DNA from: Amoebidium appalachense | Taxonomy: Eukaryota > Protista > Ichthyosporea | Reading direction: 5' to 3' | NCBI GenBank assembly: GCA_963693365.1 | Contig: CAVNZM010000007.1 | Span: 2,775,979 to 2,839,978, forward strand | DNA length: 64,000 bases | Shown: one piece after another, positions 37,496 through 49,974 of the stretch | Layout: every line of letters begins with the position of its first letter | Position numbering within the stretch: position 1 is the first letter of the stretch | Program-made: the position numbers and the translations under genes | Notes under the pieces: model-generated | What the model saw: the letters and a program-made list of their open reading frames with translations, nothing else | Databases searched by the model: none | What the model was told of the DNA's origin: nothing

Positions 37496-39112
37496 AGCTT
37501 CTGCCAAGCAGAATGGGAGTAGGGGCCAGTGATTGCAAGGGATGCAGGGGGGGGGGGGGGGGGGGGGGGGGGAGAGACACCACCGTCGGGGTTGAAGGTA
37601 GAGAGGGCAAGAGGCCCGGGGTGGGGTGGGGGGGGGGGGGGGGGGGGGGACAGTAGGTGCCATATGGAGGGCTGTCCCATGGTTTGGGGGGAGGGGGAGT
37701 GGGGAAGGATCGTGGGCACATGGGTTTGGGGGGAAGGCAGAGAGGGGGAAAGGATTGTGATCACAAGGGTTTAGGGGGAGGAAGGGGGAAGGATTGTAGG
37801 TACATGGGTTTAGGGGGGAGGGGGGGGGGGGAAGATTTTGGGGGAAAGGGAGGCCTGGGGAAAGTATGTGGGCACATGGGTTTGGGGGGAAGGAGGGGGA
37901 AGGGTTTTGGGGGAGAGGGAGGGGAAAGTATGTGGGCACATGGGTTTGGGGGGAGGGAGGGGGAAAGGATTGTGTGGGCACTGAAGTCTCGTGAAGGGCC
38001 ATGTGGTAAGGGAAGCTAGAACATGCATGGCTGCTCGGAGATGCCCTCTCACACAGTGCGGCACCCCAGAGATCCGGGCGCAGGTATTTACACGGGACTG
38101 CAGCCACCAGGAGATTGAGCCCGTGATCCAGCGCATCTCTGCCACCACGGCGGCGCTCAACAGCAAGGGCCCGGCCTTCTTCTACACAGATCGGTGCTGC
38201 CAAGACCGGGCGTTTGTTGAGCGCATGTTTCCAACCCTAGCCCGGCCAAAATGCCCCGTCCGTCTGAACGAGGCTGCGCTGGTAAGCGTGACGGACGGTC
38301 TGCCTGGGCTGGAGCTGCCGGCCAACTACCCTAAGCCGGTGTACACCGACTGCCAGGGGGCGGTGGTGGCTACAGCGGCCATTCGTGCCGACCTGGAGGG
38401 GCAGCAGCACCGCGTGGTGGGGCTGGACTGCGAGTGGGTCTATCGGGTGGGCCAGGCGCGGTCCAAGGTTTGCACGCTGCAGATTGCCACCGCACGGGCC
38501 GTGTACATCTTCCACTTGGCACGCATGGGCCCCAACCACAGCCCGCCCGCGCGGCTGGTGGACGAGCTGATTGCGCTGCTTAGGGACCCCAGCATCATCA
38601 AGGTGGGCAAGCAGATCGGCACGGACTCGGCCCACCTCAACAAGGACTACGGCACCCCTGTGGCCAGCTATCTGGAGCTGGGCCGGTTCTGCTATGCCCG
38701 TGCAGCTATCACCTCTGCGGCCCGGGGCTTGGCCGACATCACTGCCCAGGTCATAGGCAAGAAGCTGCCCAAGCCGGCACTTGTTCGATGCTCCAACTGG
38801 CACGAGCCGCTATCAGAGGTGCAGGCCACCTACGCTGCCCTTGATGCATATGCGTCCCTGCAGGTCTACTCGGCCGTGGTCGATAGGCCAAACCTGTCAG
38901 GTGTGTATCCCACCTGCTTTTTGCCCCAGTGCTTATGTGCTTATGCCAGATATAGAAAGATTGTGGGCCCCCCAGAGGAGAGGGGGAGGGGGGGAGGGGA
39001 GGGGGGGGGGGGGGGGGGGGGGGTGGCTGACCACATGGGCCAGTGTTCCAGTTGTGTTATGCTGGGTGTCGGGTGGCTATCAAAGGAGGGGGTGATTGGT
39101 GGTGGTGGTGGT

Positions 39113-39147
<35 letters not shown>

Positions 39148-40171
39148 CTATAGCACTGTTAACACGTGCAAGTGCCACACAAGCTGGGCACTGGGAGAGG
39201 GGGGGGGGGAGGGAGAAGGGGGGGGGGGGGGGGGGGGAAGGGGGTTGCTAAGGAATATGCATTTGATTTTTGTGGAGCGAAGAGAAAAACGTTGGTGCTG
39301 TGGCTTTTTGGCTGAGTTTTTTGCTTCCCTCTATGACATGCAGCGCGGCTTCATGCAAAGGCACTCGGTGAAGGGGTTGAGATTGTGCCCCGGCGGGGCC
39401 CACATGCTGCAGCAGCCACCGGGGTGGTGCTGGCTGTGCAGCCGGAGCGCTGGGGGGGCATGAAGGTGGGCAAGAAGCATGCAGTGGTGCGGGTGGATCA
39501 GGTGCTGTCGCCGGCCATGCAGGTGCCCTTTGGCCCCGACAAGGGCAAGACCCTGGGAGAGCTGGGCCCGCCGCCCTTTGAGCTGATGGTGCACCTGCAG
39601 TGGCTACGGCCCATTCAGCCCCCACCGGACCCAGGTGCCGAGGTGCCGGTGGTCCCTGACCCAGCCCCTCCCCCTGCCGAGCAGCAGCAACCCCTTGCCG
39701 GCCCACAGGCACCCCCCCAGGACCCCCAGGCAGCCCCGGGGGGCCTTGAGGCAGCCCCAGGGGGACCCGAGGCAGCTCCCAGAGAGGGCATGTTGGGCCA
39801 GGCACCGCCTGGGGAGGTGGTGTGGCAGACTGTGCTGAATGACGCCTTCCACTCCATTGCAAACACGGCGGACGGCACGTACAAGTCACACCCCCGCAGG
39901 GCTGAGTACGCACGCGCACTCAGCGAGGCAATATTTGTGTGGAATGAAGAGGATTACGGACATGTGAAGGTGCCCCCCCCCCCCCCCCCCCCCAAAATAA
40001 AAAATAAAAAATAAAAATAAAAAAAACGGCAACAACAACATGCGTGACTGACGCGCACACACACATACACTCGTTAGCACACACTCACCATTCCACCCAC
40101 AACCATGCACACCTTCGACAAAACTTCTGAGGGAAGAGAGAGAGCCTGAGCCTCAGAGAGAGGGGGGGCAA

Positions 40172-40223
<52 letters not shown>

Positions 40224-40763
40224 GGGGGGAGGAGAGTGGGGGTTATTCATATGCCTAGAGAGAAATAATGTAGGGTTGTGGGGGGAAAGAGCCACATGCA
40301 TTTTTTACTTGTGTTGGGGGAGAAGATGGGGGGGGTGGAGGGGAGGGGTCCTACAATAACGGCAGGTATCAAAGTCTACCAAACCCAAATTGCAGTGTGC
40401 GTAGTAAATTAATATTGGCATCCTGCCTCACAGGGGGTGCTGGAGCAGAAGGGCATCGACATTGAAACCGAGCTCAAGGGCGGCGACCTGAGCTACTTCA
40501 TGGAGCGCATCCGGCGGGTTATTCCCGACCCATACACGCTGGTCTCGCGGCTGGTGGAGTTCAAAAACACCTACAAGGATGTGCCGCCCGGACCGGATGG
40601 CAAGCCTCTGTTCAAGAAGGATGGCTTTGAAAGACTCGAGGCAACATCCCCCCCCCCCCCCCCCCTCCCCCCTGCAGGCGCCCAACAACTCCACCACCAC
40701 AGAAAAGATTCTTCGCTTATTTGTCATCCTTGGTTCATCTGCACACACACGCACACCCTAGCC

Positions 40764-40800
<37 letters not shown>

Positions 40801-40804
40801 ACAT

Positions 40805-40864
<60 letters not shown>

Positions 40865-40936
40865 CCCGCACGGCCCTTGCTGCCTAGCCAGTTGTTTTTT
40901 GCCTTTCCCTGCTCGTTTTTTTCCTTAGCAACCCCA

Positions 40937-40981
<45 letters not shown>

Positions 40982-42646
40982 ACATACACACACACTACCA
41001 CCACCACCACCCACCCATCTCTCTGATGTTTGCTTGTGCCCCCACAGTCGCTGCTCGAACACGCCCAAAATGGCTGTCTGTCGGACCCCCCCGGCCTGCC
41101 CCTCTACTACGAGACCACTGCCGACGCAGATGGGCTCATGCGCTACCGCTGCATCCGGGGCACCAACGAGGTGGAGGGGGCAGTGCACAACCCCCTGGCC
41201 ACCCACTTTGGGGCCACACGCATGTCGCTGCGCCTGCTGGACGCCACCATGTCCAATAGGCGCCACCGCCACAACCTGCGTGCACACTACCGCAACCGCC
41301 TGGGCCAGGCATCGGGGCCCCCCCACTACAGCCCCTGGATTGTTGACGACATGGAGGCACTGGCGCTGATGCTGTACGGCCATCACCTCGACCCCCAGTG
41401 GGTACCCGTAGGCTGCTACAAGCTACCGGAGGAGTACTTCAACTTTGCCCCGCTCTCCTGTGTGGCCAATGCCCCGGCGCAGGAGCCAGTTGCGGTGCCC
41501 GCACCCCCACCTCCGTCTGATAACATCGAGCCTGCAGCCAATGGCGTGATGGGCGGGCCAGAGGACTGTGAGGTCGAGGAGGGTGACGGTGCTGCCATGG
41601 GGGGGGGCAACCAGGTGGCGCGTGGTGCACCACAGCCGGACCCTGCACTGAGGGGCGACTACAAGTTCCTGGCGCAGAAGCAACATGTGGCCATCCCCTT
41701 CCTTCCGGTGCTTACCCCTCAGGAGCGCAAGCTATTCAGCACGCTGCTCCTGGGCACCTACAAGGCACATGCAAAGCCCAACGGCCAGCTGTTCGAGGCT
41801 TTGGCCCAAGACTTCAACAAGGCTGCCTCTGTGGCTGGGGGAATCTACATGAAGGATGCGGCCTACATCAAGAAGCATTTCGACAAGTGGAAGACCTGGC
41901 AGACGGCACATGCACAGCGCTCCACACACGAGGGCCTGGCAGATCACCGCAAGCGTATGCGCGAGGAGAGGGCAGACGCTGTGCCAGCAACCATACGGCC
42001 TGCCCCCTTGCCACCCCTCCCTGTTCCAGACGGTGTCGATGCAGGGGCGCAGCGTGAGCGGCCCTTGCCCATGCTAGTGGGCAAAAAGCATCGCAACATT
42101 GGCCCTGAGGGGCCCCTGCAGATGGATTTGCCGGTGCCCCCTCCTATGCAGCCACCCCAGAGAGCCCCCAAGACCTGCAAGACGTGTGGCCGCCAGGGCA
42201 AGGGCTGCCCCGGCTCCAATCGGGCCAAGAGCTGCCCACGTTGGGTTGCAGCCAATCAGGATGCCATGCCACCAGCACCCGCGCTTGACATGCAGCAGGG
42301 CCATGTGCCGCACATGCCCCCTGCACCCCATCCAGGCCCGCACCACCCACATGGCTGGCCCCCACCGTGGGGCATCATGCCGCCTCAGCCCGGCCCTGCC
42401 TTCCCCATGCCTGGGCTACTGCCGCAGCACGGTCCCCATCCTTACTTGGGCCATGTGGGCCAGCCCTCGGCTGGTGGGCAGTTCCCACCCCCTTCTCGTG
42501 CATCTGCTGTGCTGGGCCTGGCGTTGCCACCTGCTGGAGAGACGCAGCTGCAATGGCACGATCGAAAGCAAAGTAATCGTGGCCGCAAGTCTGCAGGCAG
42601 CCAATCAGGATCTCAGAGTAGTCAGAGTAGCCAAACTAGTGTCTAA
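34760..42646 (+). CDS. Spliced DDE-like (DUF6729-type / MULE-like) transposase with an inserted DEDDy 3'-5' exonuclease domain
   Basis: Exons ~34760-35909, 36890-37078, 38070-38900, 39344-39969, 40434-40640, 41048-42646, frame-consistent. Candidate catalytic motifs KADHTF, YTDRCC, LNDAFH (DxxH), RGTNEVEG. Exonuclease motifs VGLDCEW, IGTD, YAALDAY. N-terminal GGAREGAGRKKK and a Cys-rich region; C-terminal CKTC..C..C. Confidence 0.75.
37675..37981 (+). repeat. G-rich minisatellite (~60 bp, ~5 copies) in transposase intron 2
   Basis: Repeated GGGGAA(A/G)G(G)ATTGTGGGCACATGGGTTTGGGGG-like units. Confidence 0.75.
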
Positions 42647-43086
42647 TATTGGAATGTACACCAATGTAACGGATCTCATATGTGTTGTAGTGCTTCAAGT
42701 TATACCTGTTCTTCGTACAGTCATGTTAGGGGGGAGGGGGGGGGGGGGGGGGGGGGGGGGCTAGCTTTCATTCCGAAGTTTACTGTAAAGAATTAAAATT
42801 TAGAATCTGAGTAATAGTACAGAGCCTTTGCACTTTTCTCTGTTTGTTAGGAATTCTTTGTGATCGAGAGTATGGTGTGTTAGACTATTGGTGTTAATGT
42901 GTCCTGGAAGGTGTATAATGTCTGCTGGCCGTAGTCAGTATCTATTTTTAGGTATATAGTATATTTTTAAATGTTGGCCGCTGGCCAATAAATAGCAAAT
43001 AATAAACACACGATAAAGTCAACAGCGTGCCAAAAAACTAATCCCCAGCGAGCGCACCCAGTGATGTGTGTGTGTGTGTGTGTGTC

Positions 43087-43152
<66 letters not shown>

Positions 43153-44494
43153 CGCGCGTGCGTGCGTGTGTGTGTGTGTGTGCGTGCGTGCGTGCGTGTG
43201 TGCGTGTGTGCGTGTGTGCGTGTGTGCGTGTGTGTGTGTGAGTGTGTGTGTGTGTGTGTGTATGTGTGGTGTGGTGTGTGCGCGGCTTGTACATATGTAC
43301 GTGTTCATGTGCACCTGTGTCGGACCTACGAAGTACATGAAAGTAAATTTTGACAGCATCGATCTGCCGGTGTGTATGTGTATGTGTGCCAGTGCAGCAG
43401 GTGTGCCTTGTAACTGATAGCTTCGCATTTTACGTGTGTGTATATATAGTAGTACGCATAGACACTTGCTGATCATTCGGATCGACATTAATATTTAATC
43501 TGTCGGTCCTCGGTTTTTTGAGTGAATGATGATCAAGTGTAAGAGCATTCACTTGGCAAGTATTAATGTTGCAGAGGCTAGCTGCAGCTGCAAGCGTCGG
43601 ATGCACACTGACAATTGTCTTTTCAGCGAGTCTAACCTGCAGGCAGCAGCTGCACACATATAGGGTTGTTATCTTGCGGCACATGCACGGTGATCATTTC
43701 AGAGTAATAGAGTTCAGAGCAATGAAAATAATGAAAATAACTAAACTTTGTGACTACTTTAAAGTTGCTGAGATCATACGTGGTGCAAGCTGCACTATGA
43801 ACACATGTATAGTGCTAGTAATTAATACATTTTTGTTGCCTTCTGCAGGGTTATCGTAGCTACGTCACGGCCTGCACTCAGGGGGGGGGGGAGGGGGGGG
43901 GGGGGAGAGGGGGGATGATTCGAAGGGGGTATAAATAAGAACATGCACCTAAAGGTCTTTCCCGTGGATCCTCCCCCCCTCCCCCCCCCCACCTCTCCCT
44001 CCCCCGGGGCCCCATACTATGATATCTAGGCCCAATATTATATGCCCCCCTTCCCCCCCCCCCCCCCCCCTCCTCTCCGGATCCCCGGACCCCACTTCCC
44101 TACCCGGAGGCTCAAGAGCTCCCCCTCCCCCTCCCCCTCTCCCCCCCCCCTCCCCCCCCCCCCCCCAAGGCTTACGGGGGCCCTTCTTCATCGAGGGGGA
44201 GGGGGTGGGGGTGGGGGGGGGTGGGGGGTGGGGGTGGGGGGGGAGGGGAAGTGGAAGGCGGGGGTGGATGCATGTCAGCCTAGGTGAATTCAATTGTTTA
44301 ACTCCAGTGTGCAGGACTGGTCTGAAGGCTTAAGAAAACAACGAGGAAATGGGGTCCAGTGGAGGTGGTGGTGGTGTTCTGTGTGTGTGTGTACACGTGC
44401 ACGTATGTGTGTGGTTTTTTTAAGGGGTGAGTGGTGGTGGTGGTGGTGGTGGTGGTCACCGTGGTGGTGGTGTGTGTGTCTGGTGTGTGTGTGT

Positions 44495-44545
<51 letters not shown>

Positions 44546-45422
44546 TAGAAAGAAAAACTGCTCGTGGGTCACTGTTTTTCGTCACTGTATTTGTAACGGG
44601 CCGCTCATATTTATATAACTACTTTAATTTAAGTACACGTGTTCATTATCATATACGATGGCCAAATATAGAAATTTTGGCGTCGAAGTTCTTGGAGCTA
44701 AAAAAACGTTTAAAAGGGGGAAATAATAGCTTGGCCCCAAATTTACCTTGCCGTTTTTAGCGAATGTATTTTTTATTCATGAGTTCTAGTGATTCAGTGA
44801 GTGCACGTGCCTGCCTCAGGCTGATCATGACAACTGCAACACACCATTCCTACATGGATATCAACCAAAAGAAAATAGTATATACTGTGGTGGTCTCCTA
44901 AACCTTGTGCGGCATGCGCATACATGATATTACAGTGACGCATGTGCATATTATTGTTCTGTACACCGGAGTGTGCCGGTGCACGTGGCTGTTTTGTGCA
45001 CATGTTACAATAGCAGCACGATCTCCCTAAACTCCATGTTTACACATCCCTCACCCTGGCTCTGCCTTGTCGGTGCTCCAAAACACACATACAAATCCCC
45101 CTAGACTCAGTGCCTGCACATGGTCGCATTCACGTGCAGGTCACGTGACACATGCGATGCCATACTGCCGTCTACAGCAACAACCACGGCAGCATGTATA
45201 CCGGCCCAGCACGAAATATACTTATCGGCAGCCCACTGAACTCGCCCATTTTCTCTTTTTCATGTATGTCCCTCCTTTTTTGTAAAATCACCCTTTTTGG
45301 CCTCCCGGTAGTGGATTTTGCAGGATTTGACTTCTTTGAGGTCCAAAAACCTCAAATTTTCCCCGGCGGGGCCGGGGAGGGAGAATTCAAAAATTGCCCG
45401 CTCCTGATATGGTACCCGGGCC
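41238..45422 (+). repeat. Right inverted arm
   Basis: Reverse complement of 29968-34153. Differences are mainly in homopolymer and microsatellite lengths. Confidence 0.93.
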
Positions 45423-48340
45423 ATCAGAACACAAGTCGAGAAAAAACGGACGGCCTTTGTTTGCTTCGTGTCCTTCGTGTCCAAGAGTAGTGATTATTGT
45501 TTATGAGTAGGGATATCACAGTTTTTTTTTTCGTCTGTTCAGTATTTCTCGTATTTAATAAAGTCAGGATCTTAGAGATCTACAAGAACATGCATATGCA
45601 TGCATGGACAGGCTCCAAGGAGCAGCACACGGCTGGAGAGAGTGGTTCGACTCTTCAAGTTGTCTCTCTCTTTCTTTGACGTGTGTTATAAAGGGTGGGG
45701 ACATTGTGGCCATGGGTGCATGTGGGTGAGGGAGGGGCGCGTCAGGGAGGGACGAGCGAAGGAAAGAGGACTCGGGTGGGAGAGGGTGGGGTAGAAAGAG
45801 GAAAGGGGGGGAATCTGCAAAATATATGGAAGGGGATCCGGACAGGGGGGATCCTGGAAAAGGAACTTCGGAAGGCCCTGGGGACCCAGGGGGAAGATGA
45901 ATAGGGCGGGAGGGCGGGGGGGGGGGGGGGGGGGGGGGGGGGATGGCCGGGGGAGGGGGGGGGGGGGGGGGGGTTAAAAGTTGAGGAGGAGGAGAGAGTG
46001 GCCCACATTCACTTCCTCCGTGCCACAGGCAGAAAACTCGCAGATGGTTTGGCCGATGACTTGGGGGCCGCGGATGGTACGGCAAAGGCAAACTGGGGCC
46101 CGGGATGGATGCCCGCCGCCGCGCCAGTGTGCCCGACGCGGGCGCACTTCACGGGCAACCCAGCACTTGTTGACTTTTGGTGGACGTAAGGGGTGTGCGT
46201 ACTGGGAGGTCTCAAGTTAACACAACGAAGTTTTCAAGTTAGCCCCCAGTCGGCGGGGAAGTCTTGGCACAGTTCCGAAGGCCACTTCGAAGTGCACTAG
46301 TGGCCAGGGGGCAAAAAAAACCACTCGTAAACCTACCACACTTGCCGGTTTTGCCATTCTAACCCCTTCGTATGATATTGCTTGGAAATGTTTATTTTGC
46401 TTAGTTTCCATAAATGTTTGTGTCACTTTTGTGCCGAACCTTTTTCTCGCAAACATCTAGATAAATGTATTTATTTATCTCAGATTTTTCCGTTAGAAAT
46501 TCGAAGACTAGCTTATTTAGATAATCCTGATATTACTTCAAATTCTATTGACTATCTTTTAAACCACCGTATGTTTAACGTTTGTCTAATGGTAAAAAAA
46601 AAAAGTTGCCTACAAGTTGGCCGCGAAGAGGAAGAATAGTTGAGGGGGGGCTTGTTTTTATACGACCTACCACACTTGGCCGGCTGTGTGTGGCTGTGTC
46701 GCAGCCTGCGCTCGGGCTGTCGCAGGCTCACCAGCAAGCTGGCCATGCCGGTTCATGACAACGGACTTTCCGTTTGGCGCCTTTTCCACTTTAACTTTTT
46801 TGGCTATATTGCACTGCCGACAATTGGCCGAGAGAGAAATGTAAAAAGGTCTCACGACATGAATTTTCATTAGTTTAGATCCGGCGTTGAACATTTCGCG
46901 CATAATCCACCTCCGGAGGTGGATTATAGAAATTGGAGTAGCCTACAAGACTACAAGCGATGTCCAAGGGGTTTGAAACCCGGCGTACACAGGCCAGATT
47001 GGGCCGTCTGTTTGGCATCCGCGGTTTTCAGAAATTCCGCTTTAGCCCTAACTCCAAAAAAATCTCGATCTTATGCCATGGCCGCTACAGTAGCTCCGCA
47101 TTGCCAAACAGGCCTCCCTTTCGCCGTTTCCGGGGCCCGCGAATTCGAAACGTACGGTATACACGTGCATGCTCACTTGGTCATCATCATACGGACCGGC
47201 GCACGTGTCAGCCTCGGGTGAGTTTTGTATATGCAAATGCGATACAAAAGTAATGAGTGAAGATATTAGCAACAGGCGTTATGTTTTAGATTCATGTACA
47301 CTGTGCCTATATTAGGTTTCAAAACAACTATAGAATCGATGCTTTAGAATTGTTTGTTCTGTTGGCCCACGGACACAGGAACTTGACCAATCAACGGTTC
47401 GAGCCAAATATAGAGCAAAGATCCAAAGCATGTAGATTCTCACGTGTTCGAATTCGTCATCTTAAGTTCTCACATGGCCAGTGGCAGTGACCCTGCAAAG
47501 GCTGCAAAAGCCTGCAAAGATCTGGCTGGAGCCACCCACAACAAATTCATAGACATAAAGTATACAGAAAGACATGTTATATGAATTTCTAATTAAATTA
47601 AATAGAATATAATCAACTCTGCACTTTGAAAGTGGCAGGCAACATGCCATTGATCAACTTCAGGAAGTTCAGTCATCGGGAACGGCTATCCGATATGCCA
47701 TCAGGCTGTGAAATTATTGGGAGCTCAGTATCAATTATGGCCCAAAGTTCCGCTCATTAAAGCCCAAAACGTTGTCACGCCAGTGACTAGTGACTACTAG
47801 CTCTACTTATCTTCAAACTGATAACCTTAAAATCCGCAGCGAATATTTAATAATATATCCAATGAAACGGTTGGGGCCCTCACATGTTGGCAATCCAGGC
47901 TGCCGAAAAGCTAACAAAATTTTCCGAAAACACAAGTTTCCCACCCTGAGCTATGCCGACGCAGGGTCGTGTGACGTTCCTATTGGTCAATTCAACCCCA
48001 GCCACGATGCCACTTTGCTGCTGGCCTTCGACAAAATTTATCATTACCAACAGCTTAATTAAACCGATACTAATAGGACCCATACGATAAAACACGTATA
48101 TAATCAAAATTTTGTATTCTCTATCTATCTATGCGACTGGACTCTTCAACGGAGCCCAGTTGCGCTCCCTGGTCATTAGTAGCCACCCACCTTTGATTGG
48201 TAGACTGTCATCCAAGGCTTTTGCCACCTCAAACAAGCCAATGGGACCAATGTTTATAAAAAAGCCGCCGGCCGCCGTTGCCTTTTTTTCAGGGCCGTGC
48301 GTTGCCTCCCCCGTGACTTTCAGTTACCCAACACACAAAA

Positions 48341-49114
48341 ATGACACAAGGGGAAGACACAGTTGTATCAGTCGAGGCTCGCCTCCCTCTGGAGCCCACC
48401 AAGGACAACAAGGACAGCAGTGACGCAAATGCCTCTTTCAGGCCGGCCACGGATGACGCCTCCACGCACGAGCCCAGTGGCACACAAAGCCCCCTGTGGA
48501 GGTCCTTCCATTTCATCTTTTTCTTCATCGGAGGCACGACTTTCATTGCGGGCACCGCTCTATATTACTACCCGGAGTGGGAGCAAAGCTTCGTGTGGTC
48601 CGGCTGGCTCTACACCATCGGCTCGTGTGGTTTCCTTCTTGTTGATGTAATGGAGTTTTTCACCTTCACCTCCAACTTCCTACTCCGCGTCAACATCGCC
48701 ATGTCCATGATTGGGAGCACATGGTACGTCATCGGCTCGGTTGGGTTTCTCCCCGAGGTAACCGTTTATGAAGCGTGCACCTGGATTGGCGTTTGGGGGT
48801 TCATTATTGGTAGCTTCTTCATTGGGAGCTCTCAACTCTGGAAAGTATACCGAATTTTTGTTACAAACGGCGGCCTCAGAGTCTTTACGAATTTGGATGC
48901 GGTAACTCAGGTGGGAGTGGAGTTGAGTGCGGGGTTGGGTGGGTGGTCGTTCTTTGTTGGCACGGTCATGTACAACCACGGTCCTCTAGAAGGCAGCTTC
49001 TATGAGGCTATTCTGGCCATATGGGTAGCTGGGTCATGCTTCTTTACGAACGGGGCTCTGTTTTTGGGCTACCGCCATGGCATTGTTTTATGGGTGTTTG
49101 ATTTGGCGAATTGA
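48341..49114 (+). CDS. Intronless YrhK-like multi-pass membrane protein
   Basis: 257-aa ORF with ~6 hydrophobic helices and repeated F/Y-x-I-G-S/G-x-x-F motifs (FFIGGTTFIAGT, LYTIGSCGF, WYVIGSVGF, FIIGSFFIGS, WVAGSCFF). Confidence 0.65.
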   Translation: MTQGEDTVVSVEARLPLEPTKDNKDSSDANASFRPATDDASTHEPSGTQSPLWRSFHFIFFFIGGTTFIAGTALYYYPEWEQSFVWSGWLYTIGSCGFLLVDVMEFFTFTSNFLLRVNIAMSMIGSTWYVIGSVGFLPEVTVYEACTWIGVWGFIIGSFFIGSSQLWKVYRIFVTNGGLRVFTNLDAVTQVGVELSAGLGGWSFFVGTVMYNHGPLEGSFYEAILAIWVAGSCFFTNGALFLGYRHGIVLWVFDLAN

Positions 49115-49857
49115 TTTAATTTACGGTTACCTTAGTAATCAAGCAGCCACTTCAACAAACTTTGGGCCAGAGGCTCCTTAATTGCCAACGGTTGATTGTA
49201 CGTATACACATGTAATAATACTCAGCGAAGTATACTTGAAGGTTTATGGTGATGCCGTGCATCTATTGTATAGCCGTGTACTAGTAGCCCGGCTGGTCAG
49301 CATTGTTTTACCCACTACTATGTGGTACTATCATGTGCATATGCTAGTATCATGATGATCGTGATCATGCTGGCGCGCATGCGCTGCTGCCTTGCACCTG
49401 CACTATTGCACACCGTAACTAGTTAGCGTTAGGCCCTGACACATGTGTACACCATCCGAGTTGATTCGATGTCATATATGAAATCAATGACTGAAAATAG
49501 TTTGGAAACTTTCGCCATGTTGCAAGGGAATTGGTAGAATCTGAGGTGCGCATGCCGCTAACTGAGCTCTGCAGCCTGGAACATACTATGCATTGCCCGG
49601 CAGCATGGCATTTTGGCTCAAGCCTTCTCGACTCTGACTTGGTGGAAGATCATTACTGAGTGTGGGCATGGTATACCGTATGATAGTCCGACCGCATGAC
49701 GGCCAGCCACATGCATGAATGACGTATTCCTAAGTTGATGACGTGCAAGTACTTGGCAGCAATATGATGTGCAAAATAAAACGAAGTTGTGAAATAAGGA
49801 GGTGGGCCGCAGGGTGGATTGGCCGGGAAGGAGGGGAGGGGACCCCCCCAGCGGCGG

Positions 49858-49892
<35 letters not shown>

Positions 49893-49974
49893 CTACTACA
49901 TGCTCGTATGATATTTCTGGGCACACGTGGCGCACACTGCACACACACGCTTGCGCGCGCGCGCTCACACACAC

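Larger units (their letters stand above)
29968..45422. mobile_element. ~15.5 kb fold-back DNA transposon-like element with ~4.2 kb inverted arms
   Basis: Starts GGCCCGGGTACCATATCAGGAG (29968) and ends CTCCTGATATGGTACCCGGGCC (45422). Arms 29968-34153 and 41238-45422 are near-identical reverse complements, and their ORF lists mirror each other. Transposase-like gene inside. No TSD seen. Confidence 0.8.

Noticed and set aside
29955-45435. Target-site duplication for the fold-back element
   Set aside because: Left flank (TTTGTTTTTTTT) and right flank (ATCAGAACAC) share no direct repeat.
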